This document shows, one piece after another, positions 37,981-47,850 of a stretch of DNA of 64,000 nt. The DNA lies in NCBI GenBank assembly GCA_043822925.1, contig JBDRBF010000002.1:34840-98839 (forward strand), in the 5' to 3' direction. Within the stretch, counting starts at the first letter, position 1. Every line of letters begins with the position of its first letter. The notes below the pieces were generated by a model. The model had not been told where the DNA came from. It made no database searches and saw only the letters and a program-made list of their open reading frames with translations. The stretch is from a bacterium. GTDB lineage: Bacteria; Babelota; Babeliae; Babelales; RVW-14. The translations under genes were made by a program, and so were the position numbers.

Positions 37981-39966
37981 ATGTCTAATTGTTCAGTCAA
38001 AAAAATCTATCTTACTGCTCTTGTTCTGGCAATGAGCACCAGTGCTTTTGGGACAGAAAAATCAGATATACTTATAAAAAAAGTAGAAGGCAAACAGCCG
38101 ATTAAAATTCAACGAGGCGATTCAGCTTTTACGGTCGGTGGTACTATTAAAGGTGAGCATTTCTTTAAAAAAAATAATCAGATGCTTAATTCTAAGCTGC
38201 CTGATGAACTTGAATTTTTTAAGAATGTTTTTGATTTTACTTTTGATTTTGCCTATGGCGAAAAAAAGTTTGAACACAAAGCTGTTGAAGCTTTTGTTGA
38301 TTTAAGGCACAAGGGTTATTGGGGGCTTGGCTCTGAATATGCAAGTTCAGAAGCAACAAGTCCTGGTAACGTAAGAATTAGTGATTCTTTATTGGGGAAT
38401 CACGCGCATAAAAATAATAAGCCACTTATTTGGATTAAAGAAGGCTGGTTGCAAGTTAGTGCAAGCGCTGTTGCGGGAGTTCATGCACGCAACGAACTGC
38501 ATTTTCTTAAATTGGGCTGGTTCCCGTTTGAAATGGGGCGCGGTATTGCCTTGGGTTCTTTTTATGGTATGGCACGCGAATTAATTGGTACGTATAATTG
38601 GGATGAAGATAAAGCTGCTCCAGGAATATTGTTAACCGGTGAAATTACTAAAGATAAGCTTGCATATGATGTTTATTATTCAAAGTTTGAAGAACGTAAT
38701 AAAAGTTTGAGCTATACGCTTAATACTCTTAAAGAGCAACTTATTGGCCGCAAAACAACGCCATCGCGCGGTGTTGCCAAAGATAATGATTTGTTTGCCA
38801 CGCGTCTTAAATGGACAGCTCTCAATACTGACCAATATGGAAAATTGAATCTTGAACCATATGTATTTTATAACGAAGCATCAGATCAAAGAATTGAGAT
38901 TTTGGCTGATTCAAAAACAGAGCTAGGTAGTGTTGGTCTTTCTGCTGAGCATAAGTACAAAAATTTTGAAATAGGCGGTGATATTGCTGCAAACTTTGGT
39001 GATCAATATATTCATGGTATTGATCGTAATGTTATTAAAGTTGAACGCGATAAAGATGGTTATTTAGCTGAGTTTTTCTCTCATATTTATGCACGAAGCG
39101 ATGCGGCAAAAAGTTCCGTTTTGGTAACAGATGATAGTAAGAAAGTCGCTAAAAAACAAGCGACAGAAGGTCAAACTCTGGTAGCAGGAACTTCGTTTAG
39201 AGGCACAGATCCATTAGCAACAGATGCTGTTTTTGCAAGCAAAATTGATAGATTTAAGAATTCGTATAAAAACAAGCTTCGTGGTTGGATGGGCGTTATA
39301 GATACAGCATACACGTTTGAAGATTGGGGTTTAACATTGGCGCTTACTTATGGATATGCATCTGGTGATAAGAACCCGTATGTAACAGCTGAAAATAAGA
39401 CCTATAAAGGCTTTATTGGTGTTAACGAATCATACTCTGGCAAACGCGTAAAAAGTATTTTTTATGATGACCGTATTATGCAAGTGCCATCAGCACTTGA
39501 AGTTAATGATCGTAAAGCAGTTCAAGAAATGGCTTTCACAAACTTACATCTTACTGGTTTAGGTGCAACATGGAAGCCTGCGTTTGCTAAAGCTAAGAAA
39601 TTAAGCATCAATCCAAATATGTTGCTCTATTGGAAAGATTATGCATCAAAGAAATTTGCTTATGAATTAGATAATCCAAGAAAAGGTAAAGTTCTTGATG
39701 AAAACGCAAGCAAGTTTATTGGCACAGAATTGAACTTAATGGTCAAATCTGAATTGCTTCAAGACTTAAATGCGTATGGTAATTTTGGCGCATTTATTCC
39801 AGGGGCATTTTATAAAGATATCAAGGGTGTTCCTACAGATACGAGAGATTTCTTTGTAACCGTTATTGAGCAAGGGGCTGAAACTGATGGAGAGAAGCCT
39901 GAAGATTACAGACTTGGCAACGATGTTGCATATTTTGTTAACGTAGGCCTTTCTTATTCGTTTTAA
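37981..39966 (+). CDS. Putative outer-membrane beta-barrel protein (alginate-export-like porin)
   Basis: Signal peptide, alternating aromatic strands, YGYASGD, GTE.N, F.PG.FY and a C-terminal YSF (ORF track starts at 37921). Confidence 0.7.
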   Translation: MSNCSVKKIYLTALVLAMSTSAFGTEKSDILIKKVEGKQPIKIQRGDSAFTVGGTIKGEHFFKKNNQMLNSKLPDELEFFKNVFDFTFDFAYGEKKFEHKAVEAFVDLRHKGYWGLGSEYASSEATSPGNVRISDSLLGNHAHKNNKPLIWIKEGWLQVSASAVAGVHARNELHFLKLGWFPFEMGRGIALGSFYGMARELIGTYNWDEDKAAPGILLTGEITKDKLAYDVYYSKFEERNKSLSYTLNTLKEQLIGRKTTPSRGVAKDNDLFATRLKWTALNTDQYGKLNLEPYVFYNEASDQRIEILADSKTELGSVGLSAEHKYKNFEIGGDIAANFGDQYIHGIDRNVIKVERDKDGYLAEFFSHIYARSDAAKSSVLVTDDSKKVAKKQATEGQTLVAGTSFRGTDPLATDAVFASKIDRFKNSYKNKLRGWMGVIDTAYTFEDWGLTLALTYGYASGDKNPYVTAENKTYKGFIGVNESYSGKRVKSIFYDDRIMQVPSALEVNDRKAVQEMAFTNLHLTGLGATWKPAFAKAKKLSINPNMLLYWKDYASKKFAYELDNPRKGKVLDENASKFIGTELNLMVKSELLQDLNAYGNFGAFIPGAFYKDIKGVPTDTRDFFVTVIEQGAETDGEKPEDYRLGNDVAYFVNVGLSYSF

Positions 39967-39975
39967 TTACGCGTC

Positions 39976-40011
39976 TTGTTATCCTACGAAGCTTTAGCGT
40001 GGTAGGATCCA
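39976..40011 (+). repeat. Hybrid A/B palindrome
   Basis: ttgttatcct-acgaagctttagcgtggt-aggatcca: family-A ends around a family-B-like core. Confidence 0.65.
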
Positions 40012-40060
40012 ATCTATATTAAAAGGATCAAAGTATAGTTCTATTGTTGGATTATAGATA

Positions 40061-40110
40061 AAAAGAGACAGAGCGATGATGATTTAAATCTTCATCGCTC
40101 TGTCTCTTTT
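40061..40110. terminator. Terminator hairpin
   Basis: aaaagagacagagcgatga...tcatcgctctgtctctttt. Confidence 0.8.
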
Positions 40111-40175
40111 GAGAGCTTTTAAAATAAAAATTAAAACGTGTTGTTTGAGTATAAGATTTTATTTGGAGATTTTTT

Positions 40176-40994
40176 GTGAAAAAAAATTATATTCTTGTTT
40201 TGGTGAGGCTTGGTTTTATTTTAAGTTTTTCTTGTTCTTTTGCTGCCAATATAGAATTAAAAATATATCCCAAAAGCAAAGTTAATTTTTCTTATGGCGC
40301 TAAAGAATCTCTTAACGCTGTCTTCGCGACGTTTGATGGATTTAAAAGAAAGCATGTATCGTTTCGTACAGGTGAAAGGGATGTTCCGTATTTTTATGGG
40401 GATAGGATTTTTTGTTCGAAAGATTTAGAAAAAGCTTTCCCATCAGGAAAAGATTTTTCTTTCCCCGTTCATTTTCTCCGGCAAGTTAAAAAATTAAAAA
40501 ATGATGCTGTCTTAGTTATTAAAAAATATGATTATAAAATAATGGATTTTGTTGAAATCAAAATGCCTAATGCGAAAAACAAGCGTCTATTATCTTATCT
40601 TTTACATGATGGATTAGATACTTCGAGAGATTGTCGCGATTTTTGTTTGGAAGTTTTTAGTGAGTCGCTTGAGTCAAAAGAGACGTTTATTAATTGGTTA
40701 TCGTTACCTGATGAAATAGGCGATGAGTGTGAGTTTTTTAAAGAAGAATTAGATGAGCGTGAATTTGAGCCTGGTGATGCTATTGCTCTTTGTGTTGGGG
40801 ATTTTGATCAGGGATTTGAATTGCGTCATTGGATTATTGCATTAGGAGAAGGGTTGTATATTTCAAAATTTGGATGTGGTGGGAAGATTTATGTCCATAG
40901 TTTGGACTTTGCGATGCTCTATTACAAATGTTCCTGTTTTTGTCGCGTTCGAAAGCAATTAGAAGATTGTATTATTTGTGAAAATATAATTTAG
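40176..40994 (+). CDS. Secreted protein with an NlpC/P60-like (papain-fold) Cys-His signature
   Basis: Signal peptide; DCRDF...EPGD...HWIIALGEG resembles NlpC/P60 DCSGF...QPGD...HVGIYLG. Confidence 0.55.
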   Translation: MKKNYILVLVRLGFILSFSCSFAANIELKIYPKSKVNFSYGAKESLNAVFATFDGFKRKHVSFRTGERDVPYFYGDRIFCSKDLEKAFPSGKDFSFPVHFLRQVKKLKNDAVLVIKKYDYKIMDFVEIKMPNAKNKRLLSYLLHDGLDTSRDCRDFCLEVFSESLESKETFINWLSLPDEIGDECEFFKEELDEREFEPGDAIALCVGDFDQGFELRHWIIALGEGLYISKFGCGGKIYVHSLDFAMLYYKCSCFCRVRKQLEDCIICENII

Positions 40995-41010
40995 GTTTTT
41001 GAGCCCTTAA

Positions 41011-41065
41011 AATAATTAATGGCGCTTACTCTTCGATAAACTGAGTGTGAGCACCATTAATTATT
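41011..41065. terminator. Hairpin between convergent genes, with a degenerate family-C core
   Basis: aataattaatggcgcttac...gtgagcaccattaattatt enclosing cttcgataaactgag. Confidence 0.65.
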
Positions 41066-41089
41066 AAATTGTTTTAATATGTGTGTTTT

Positions 41090-41410
41090 TTATTCTAGGT
41101 GTGCAGCGATTTTTGCTTTAAGCATTTCTTTGTTCATAGAACCGCTTTCTTTTGCGATTACTTTGCCGTTTTTGATGAAAATAAACGTTGGGATAGATGA
41201 AACGTTGTATTGAATAGCAAGCTCGCGATTGTTATCGATGTTAAGTTTTGTGAGTTTGCACGTTTCTGAGAGTTCTTTTGCGAGCTCGTCAAATATGGGG
41301 CCCATTTGTTGGCAGGGGCCGCACCACGGTGCAAAGACATCGATAACCACAGGAAGCGCTGATTGCATGATTTCTTGTTCGAAATTTTCAGGTGTTATAA
41401 GTATTGCCAT
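41090..41410 (-). CDS. trxA: Thioredoxin
   Basis: WCGPC and SIPT motifs. Confidence 0.97.
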   Translation of the reverse strand: MAILITPENFEQEIMQSALPVVIDVFAPWCGPCQQMGPIFDELAKELSETCKLTKLNIDNNRELAIQYNVSSIPTFIFIKNGKVIAKESGSMNKEMLKAKIAAHLE

Positions 41411-41511
41411 TTAAGTATCTTTCTTGTTTAAGTTATAGAGATTTGTACTTTGTATGTAAAATAAGCCTAACAAGGCTGATATGTTTGTCCAGAGAAGAAA
41501 CAAAAATGGGC

Positions 41512-43746
41512 TTAGTGGGCTTTGTTTATATATAATAAAAGCTCCTGTTTATTTTTACTTTGTAACGGAGTCTGTTCGATGTACACCCAGCTTTTTGGGT
41601 CGTAATTTTCCACAAGGCGAGAAAATCTATTAAGCCAAATATGTTTATTATGCGTTAAGATGTCTTTTACTTTAGAGAAATCTTGTTTTGTTTTTATTTT
41701 AGAGAGCATTAAGACGCCTGAGTGATGGGTATAAATTTGATTATCTGTAAACCAGTTTTTATGTGCGTTGAATTCCATGTTAAAAGTGAGTAAGTATAGG
41801 GGACTGGGTTGCGTACTGAGCCCGCGCCAGAGAGCTTTATAGAACCAGTGTTGAAACAGACTTTGTGAGTAGCATGAAATAACACAATTTGGGATCATAT
41901 CATTAAACGCAGTGCGTAACTCTTGCCCTAGCTTGAGTGCTTGATTCTCAAGAAAATTAAAATATGTTTTGGCGAGTTTATTTTGAGTAAGAAAATCTGT
42001 TTTTTGATGAACAGTTAAGAGTGGTGCGATATGTGCGAATTTGGAGTTTGATTTTTGGTTCATAAACTTTTGAAATGTTGGATGGTCAAAGCCCATGCTT
42101 GATAAAAAGATGTCGCCTGTTTTGCGGCAGTACATTTCCAAGTCAAGAACAATTCCAGCAAGTTTTATACCGTGTGAAATAGCCGGCCATTTTTTTGTAA
42201 ACGTTTTGAGCGAAGCTGTAAGTTCTTGATGCCAAAAGTCTTGATTAAGAGGCGCTGGGATATCAGTATACGTGTTTCCATATAGGTCATAAGCGTAATG
42301 TTTAGGTAAATTTTCGTTATATAGGTTATCTGCTATTTCAAATCCGACAAATATTTTGGGGACTGGTTTTTTATATTTTTTTGCGCCGGCTGCTAGTTGT
42401 TGGTTAAAGCGAGAGACTGATGCGAGAAATTCTTTTTCTTTGTTTTTATGTATAGCTATGGGGCTGTAATAGACGTTTGGGGTCAGGCTTATCCATAAAG
42501 AATCTAGGCCTGCTTGATAAATGTATTGAATAAGTAAGTTTTGTCTTTTTTTCCTATCTTTTTCTTTGGCTATCTTTTGCGCCGGCGTAAGTTTTGGATT
42601 AGCGGGAAGATCTTCGAATAATGGGATCTCCATCCAGGCGGTTTTCTTCATGGTATCAGGATAAGATGATTTTGGGAGTTCTTGGCCAAAAAGTGTACTT
42701 TGTTTTTTTTGAGTTTTAAATTTTATGTTTTTTTGTTGTGTAAAACGTGCGTATAATTCATATGTCATGTTATTGATATTGTCGAGCATGTTGTTTCTGA
42801 GTGCAAAATCCATGGGGCAAACCTGAAAGTTTTCGGCTAGGCTTGAGAAAGATATTGTTGCTTTTGTCGTAATAAAAATATTATTTTTGTTTGTTGGATT
42901 CGTCCAGTATATCCCATATGGAAAAGTATTGCTCAGTTCTCGTGTTGATTTAGTTTCTGGTGTTGGTAATGTCGCAAGATTTTTATTTTGTGCGAGTATA
43001 TTATTGATTGTTTGATTATAAAAGAGTGTTGGAATATTTGGTAGGCGAAGTGTCGTGTGGTATGAAACGCGTACTTCTATTGGTACGGTAAGAAACTGGT
43101 TAGTTACATATAAAAAATCGTTATAAGAGTTTTCTGGTGATATTTTGGCATCAGTTGCTTGTTGGGCGTTTGCTGCTTGTTTGTATGTTGGGATATGATT
43201 TTTAAATGTTTGATCGACAATGTGTAAGATCGGCAAGATCTTTTGGATCATATCTTCGTTTTGGCTGCGAGCATGAAGCGTTGGCAAAATAAGCCCGATA
43301 AGTTTATCTTTTTGTTTCGCGTAATAATTTAAAATATTAAGTATTTTGAATGTTAATGGTGAGCGTGTATTTATGCCACGTAAAAATTCGATGCCAAGAA
43401 TAAAAAAGACACCGTGATAGGTGTCTAAAAATGTTTGCATGTTTTTTTCTTCTGGTTCTATTTGGTCCATGAGCGTGTCTATGCCTATGTATGTTGTTTT
43501 AAAGCCGGCTATTTGCATGTTTTCTATAAAAGGCTTAAATGCAACTTCGTCTCGTTCTGTTGTGTCTAGTAGGGCTATGTGTGGTGAAAGTTGTGTTTGA
43601 GTGATGGGAGTGATAGGTGCGTTTGTCTTGATTGACTTAGTGCTTGGAGTGTGTGGTGCTTTTGTATTTTTGGCAAAACCAGGGGCGATTAAGAAAATGT
43701 TTGTGAATAATATACAGCTTAAAATTATGCGTATATTTTTTTTCAT
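41512..43746 (-). CDS. Hypothetical exported protein, possible C-terminal TIM-barrel glycoside-hydrolase-like domain
   Basis: Signal peptide; P.PLN..FW and GIVLDLEMY are only weak hints of function. Confidence 0.7.
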   Translation of the reverse strand: MKKNIRIILSCILFTNIFLIAPGFAKNTKAPHTPSTKSIKTNAPITPITQTQLSPHIALLDTTERDEVAFKPFIENMQIAGFKTTYIGIDTLMDQIEPEEKNMQTFLDTYHGVFFILGIEFLRGINTRSPLTFKILNILNYYAKQKDKLIGLILPTLHARSQNEDMIQKILPILHIVDQTFKNHIPTYKQAANAQQATDAKISPENSYNDFLYVTNQFLTVPIEVRVSYHTTLRLPNIPTLFYNQTINNILAQNKNLATLPTPETKSTRELSNTFPYGIYWTNPTNKNNIFITTKATISFSSLAENFQVCPMDFALRNNMLDNINNMTYELYARFTQQKNIKFKTQKKQSTLFGQELPKSSYPDTMKKTAWMEIPLFEDLPANPKLTPAQKIAKEKDRKKRQNLLIQYIYQAGLDSLWISLTPNVYYSPIAIHKNKEKEFLASVSRFNQQLAAGAKKYKKPVPKIFVGFEIADNLYNENLPKHYAYDLYGNTYTDIPAPLNQDFWHQELTASLKTFTKKWPAISHGIKLAGIVLDLEMYCRKTGDIFLSSMGFDHPTFQKFMNQKSNSKFAHIAPLLTVHQKTDFLTQNKLAKTYFNFLENQALKLGQELRTAFNDMIPNCVISCYSQSLFQHWFYKALWRGLSTQPSPLYLLTFNMEFNAHKNWFTDNQIYTHHSGVLMLSKIKTKQDFSKVKDILTHNKHIWLNRFSRLVENYDPKSWVYIEQTPLQSKNKQELLLYINKAH

Positions 43747-43898
43747 GTTTCCAGTTCCCCGTTAAAAGCTTCAAATGGTTATTGTGTACTTAAAATAAGC
43801 TTACGCGCTCATAATTTAAGTATGATTAATGCGATTTCGCATTGTCAATAAAGGGGAAGAATTTACATTTTCATAGTTTGCAATACTCTAAGTTTAAA

Positions 43899-43920
43899 CT
43901 CCGGATCGGGTCCGGGGCGA
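43899..43920 (-). repeat. Degenerate family-A palindrome
   Basis: ctccggatcgggtccggggcga versus tcccagatcaagtctgggatga (833-854). Confidence 0.4.
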
Positions 43921-43996
43921 AACGGCTCAAAGTTTGTGGTGACGAGTAAATATGGCTTATGTATGTTCTAGTTTTTTTAATGCTGAGGGGAAGTAG

Positions 43997-45835
43997 ATGA
44001 AGCAGATTCTGTGTAAAAAGAATCGTTACTGGTTGCTTGTTTTTGTGTTAGTTCTTTCTTCATGTGGGCGAGACCCAAAGAAATTACGGGCAGACGGTCC
44101 GGATGAGCCGGTTGTCCAGAGTTCTGTGCAAAATAGTGAAAAAAGAGAGAATCATGAGCTGTACGAGAAGTCTGAAAAAAAGAGTAAAAAAAAGCATGAA
44201 AAAACAAAAAAAATAGAGTCAGCAAGTTTTGTACATAAAGCACATTTGTCATCAGGCTGGTATCCTCAAAGTTCTGGTTATTTGACGCATCAAATTGGGA
44301 GCTATCTTGAGCAAGCGCAAAATAGTTTTTATGTAGAAGCTGATCCACATGCAGTTAAAGCGCTCATTGTGCCACATGCTGGTTATTATTATTCAGGTTT
44401 ATGTGCTGCAACAGCGTATCAAACGATATTAGAAACTCGTAATTTGTTTTCTCAAAATATTAAAAATAAGCATATTAATCGCGTCATAGTTATATCTCCA
44501 AGTCATAAAACATTCTTGAATGGCATTGCATTGCCTGATTATTTACAGTATCAAACAGCTCTGGGTAATATTGACGTTGATGCACATGCATGCAAAGAAC
44601 TTGCAAAATCGCCACTTTTTCATGTTTTGCCTGAAGCTCATGCGCAAGAGCATGCTATTGAGGTCCAGTTGCCATTTTTGCAACAAACAGTAGAGCATTT
44701 TAAGCTTATTCCGCTTATAGTGGGGTATTTGAACGATTTTGAATACGACCAAGTTGTATCTCTTTTAAGTAAATTTATCGATGACAAAACGCTTATAGTA
44801 GTGAGCTCTGATTTTATGCACCATGGTGTTTCGTATGATTATGCTATGTTTGATAAAGAAATACTTAATCAAGTACGTTTTGTTGATTCTCTTGCATTTG
44901 AAGCGATTGCTCAGCAATCAGGGGATGCTTTTGGTAAAGTTCTTACTGAGACCAAGACTACTATTTGCGGGCAAGATGCTATTAAGATATTACTGGGAAT
45001 TATAAAGAAGGGCTTGCTGGGCAAAGTTGAACCTCGATTATCTTGTTATTACACGTCTGCACAGATGGCTAAAGCTCGTCAAAACGAAGACATAATAGAC
45101 GTGAGCAAATTACTGACAGATGTCCAAGATATAGATGCACGTAATAGCGTGAGTTATCTAGGTATTATTTTTACTGCGCAAAATTTAGCACAGTTATCCA
45201 AAGAAAATCAGCTGACTGGGTTTGAGAAAAAAGAAATGCTCAAGCTGGCGCGTACAGTTGTTGAGAATATGTTTAAACCTGAAAAAGAGCGTACGCCTGA
45301 ACATCTTTTGTGGCCAATAAAAAGTGCGGGAATTCAGAAAGCAGCAGGAGCTTTTGTGACGTTAAATACGCGTGACGGAAACTTGCGTGGCTGTATTGGT
45401 CAGATTGCATCTTGGAATCCACTGTACCAAACGATAATAGAAATGAGCAAATCAGCAGCATTTAAAGATAATAGATTTAAGCCGGTTACAAAACAAGAAT
45501 TAAGTAATCTTGTTTTTGATATCACGGTTTTAACGGCGCCTGAAAAAGTTTCAAGCTTTCAAGAGATTGTGCTTGGTCAACACGGTATAATTTTGAGCAA
45601 GTTTGGGCCGGATGGTAATCTTGTTACATCTTCAGTATTTTTGCCTCAAGTCCCAACATCGTTCGGGTGGGATTTACCAAAGACGCTTGAACAGTTAAGT
45701 ATCAAAGCGGGTCTTGGTGCTCAGGGTTATAAAGAAGGTTGCCAGTTTCAGGTATTTGAAGGTGTAGAGTTTAAAGAAGATGTTGCGCCTAGCGCACCTG
45801 CAAATTTACCTATGGTTAAAACCATAGGTTCGTAA
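43997..45835 (+). CDS. AmmeMemoRadiSam protein B (MEMO1) - protein A (AMMECR1) fusion with a lipoprotein signal
   Basis: PHAGY.YSG, EH.IEVQLPFLQ, SSDF.H, TICG, then GAFVTL...LRGCIG, D.RF and FLPQV; lipobox LSSC. Confidence 0.93.
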   Translation: MKQILCKKNRYWLLVFVLVLSSCGRDPKKLRADGPDEPVVQSSVQNSEKRENHELYEKSEKKSKKKHEKTKKIESASFVHKAHLSSGWYPQSSGYLTHQIGSYLEQAQNSFYVEADPHAVKALIVPHAGYYYSGLCAATAYQTILETRNLFSQNIKNKHINRVIVISPSHKTFLNGIALPDYLQYQTALGNIDVDAHACKELAKSPLFHVLPEAHAQEHAIEVQLPFLQQTVEHFKLIPLIVGYLNDFEYDQVVSLLSKFIDDKTLIVVSSDFMHHGVSYDYAMFDKEILNQVRFVDSLAFEAIAQQSGDAFGKVLTETKTTICGQDAIKILLGIIKKGLLGKVEPRLSCYYTSAQMAKARQNEDIIDVSKLLTDVQDIDARNSVSYLGIIFTAQNLAQLSKENQLTGFEKKEMLKLARTVVENMFKPEKERTPEHLLWPIKSAGIQKAAGAFVTLNTRDGNLRGCIGQIASWNPLYQTIIEMSKSAAFKDNRFKPVTKQELSNLVFDITVLTAPEKVSSFQEIVLGQHGIILSKFGPDGNLVTSSVFLPQVPTSFGWDLPKTLEQLSIKAGLGAQGYKEGCQFQVFEGVEFKEDVAPSAPANLPMVKTIGS

Positions 45836-45919
45836 GAGCTTCAGGTTGGCCAGCCTGATGAGCGAATCGTGGGGTGATTTCAAACGCATATTCTTCAGGC
45901 GTAATCACAGTTTGATAAT

Positions 45920-45943
45920 AGCCTAGGGTTAAAACCCTAGGCT
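45920..45943. repeat. Palindrome of a different type (REP-like or terminator)
   Basis: agcctagggtt-aa-aaccctaggct; single copy in the window. Confidence 0.5.
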
Positions 45944-45950
45944 GATGGTC

Positions 45951-45977
45951 TTAAGAACGATTAAAAGCCTGATTGTC
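45951..45977 (-). repeat. Displaced duplicate of the ruvX 3' end
   Basis: attaaaagcctgattgtc is identical at 45960-45977 and 47246-47263; the minus strand encodes DNQAFNRS* versus DNQAFNRE* in ruvX. Confidence 0.85.
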
Positions 45978-46217
45978 ACACCTGGTGGTTTTTACTCCAG
46001 GATAATGGGATGACAAATTAAGAGGTATATAGCTTTTTTAATTTACTTTTAAGCAAAAAAGTGGCAAAAATGAGTGAAAAAAGGGTTAAAAGTTACTCAA
46101 ATTGAATTAATTTGTAAGGGTTTTGACTTTCTTGGTACGTGTGTTAGAATTAAAAAAGTATTCTATTTGTATGATGTTATATTTTTTTAGGGTTCTGTTT
46201 TTAAGTGAGGGGTTATT

Positions 46218-47150
46218 ATGGAAAAGAAAATATTGTTATTGGGTTCATGTTTGTTGTTTACAGGTATTAGCGTCTTTGGAGGCGCTAACGAGCAATTGTG
46301 TAAGATTGCAAAAAATACGAAAAAAGACATTGAAGTCTCACTAAGAGAAATTAAGGCACTTGTTGAAAGCCAAGATATTATTTCTGGAGATAGCAAATCT
46401 GGTGTTAATGGTGCTTTGAAGGGTGCCGCAAAAAATAACCGCTTAGAATTGGTTAAGTTTCTTATTGAAAGTAAATCAGTAAACAGTAAAATTACTTCAG
46501 CAGGCGCAGAGTTAGCTCTCTTGGGTGCAGCACGAAAAGGTCTCATAGATATTGTTGAATTGTTACTTAACAATTCTGCAGTAAACGAAATGATTACCCA
46601 GAAAGCTTTACTAGAGATCGTTGCAAGCGTGTACGAAAAAATTAATAGATTAGAAGAAAAAGATGGCGACGAAAAACAGATTGATATCTACAAAAAGATC
46701 GTTAAAACTATCTATGATAAAACGTCTTTAACAAAAGAAGCAGTTGCAGCGTTTTGTGCTATTCCTGATAACTGCTTGATAAGCGCTGTACAAGCTGGAA
46801 ATCCTAAAGTTGTTGAGTGTTTACTTGGCCAAAAGACAGGGTTTACAAGTAAGGGATTTAGCCAGGCTATTAAATTTGCAGCGAGAAACAACAAAAATGG
46901 GATTGAGATTATTGAAATTCTTATGAATGCAGATAAAGAGAGTAACTTGATTACTTCTGGTGATGACAAATCTGGATTTAATGGGGCTTTGAGGGCGGCT
47001 ATTAAAAAGGGAAATACTGAGATAGTTCAGTTTTTTCTTAAGTCTGAATTTTTAAAGAGCAAGATTACATACGTTTGTAATTCTAAAAAAATTGTTAAAA
47101 AGGCTGAAAAATTCAATAAAGAAATGGCTGAGTTTTTAAGTACGTTATAA
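46218..47150 (+). CDS. Secreted ankyrin-repeat protein
   Basis: Signal peptide; repeated AL..AA..(G/N)..E.V..LL units. Confidence 0.85.
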   Translation: MEKKILLLGSCLLFTGISVFGGANEQLCKIAKNTKKDIEVSLREIKALVESQDIISGDSKSGVNGALKGAAKNNRLELVKFLIESKSVNSKITSAGAELALLGAARKGLIDIVELLLNNSAVNEMITQKALLEIVASVYEKINRLEEKDGDEKQIDIYKKIVKTIYDKTSLTKEAVAAFCAIPDNCLISAVQAGNPKVVECLLGQKTGFTSKGFSQAIKFAARNNKNGIEIIEILMNADKESNLITSGDDKSGFNGALRAAIKKGNTEIVQFFLKSEFLKSKITYVCNSKKIVKKAEKFNKEMAEFLSTL

Positions 47151-47167
47151 TTTGAATTAAGCTTATT

Positions 47168-47220
47168 AAAAAGAAGCGCCTGGACTTGCTCGCGAGTAAG
47201 TCCAGGCGCTTCTTTTTTTT
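47168..47220. terminator. Bidirectional terminator
   Basis: aaaaagaagcgcctggactt...aagtccaggcgcttcttttt between convergent genes. Confidence 0.85.
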
Positions 47221-47236
47221 GCCGGTTATTAAGTTT

Positions 47237-47659
47237 TTATTCTCTATTAAAAGCCTGATTGTCCAAATAGCTTTGTAAAATAAAAGCAGCAGCGACAGAG
47301 TGGCTCTTTTGTTTTTCTTCTTTATTGGTAGCCTGTTTTAATGAGCTTGCGCGTTTGCTGCTTAGGCGTTCATCCCACAAAACCCACAGAATTTGTTCGC
47401 CCTGACAGTGCGTGAATTTTTGTTCAAGTTCTTCTTTGAGCTGTACGACTTTTTTGGTTTGGTCGCTTTCTGTCCCTGAAAATGTTTTTGGATAGCCCAC
47501 AATAATTCTAGTGATAGGTTCTTGCTCAAGAATTATATTCAGGTCTTTTTCTAAATTCTCGATTTCGATTGTTTTGTATGGCTTGCAGGTTATGCCTAGT
47601 GGGTCTGATATTGCGGTTCCTACCCATTTGTCGCCTAAGTCTAATGCTAAAAATTTCAT
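47237..47659 (-). CDS. ruvX: YqgF/RuvX pre-16S rRNA nuclease family
   Basis: LALDLG...G.A.SD, IVGYP, WDERLSS and AA..ILQ.YL motifs. Confidence 0.95.
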   Translation of the reverse strand: MKFLALDLGDKWVGTAISDPLGITCKPYKTIEIENLEKDLNIILEQEPITRIIVGYPKTFSGTESDQTKKVVQLKEELEQKFTHCQGEQILWVLWDERLSSKRASSLKQATNKEEKQKSHSVAAAFILQSYLDNQAFNRE

Positions 47660-47850
47660 GTGTTTTTTCTTTTGTTAAAAAAATATTAAAAATTTGTGTT
47701 TTGTTGGTGTTTATTTTGTATTGAGATATTGGCTTTAATATAAAAGAGCTTTAGAACAAGTCAAATATTGACATATTGTGTTGTATTTTGTGAATAATAG
47801 GTTACGTGAGGAGTTCTTTTTAAGGTGTTTTATTTGTTCGGGGGGATTTT

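Noticed and set aside
45855-45900. CTGATGAG suggesting a hammerhead ribozyme
   Set aside because: No correctly placed GAAA or stems II/III could be built.
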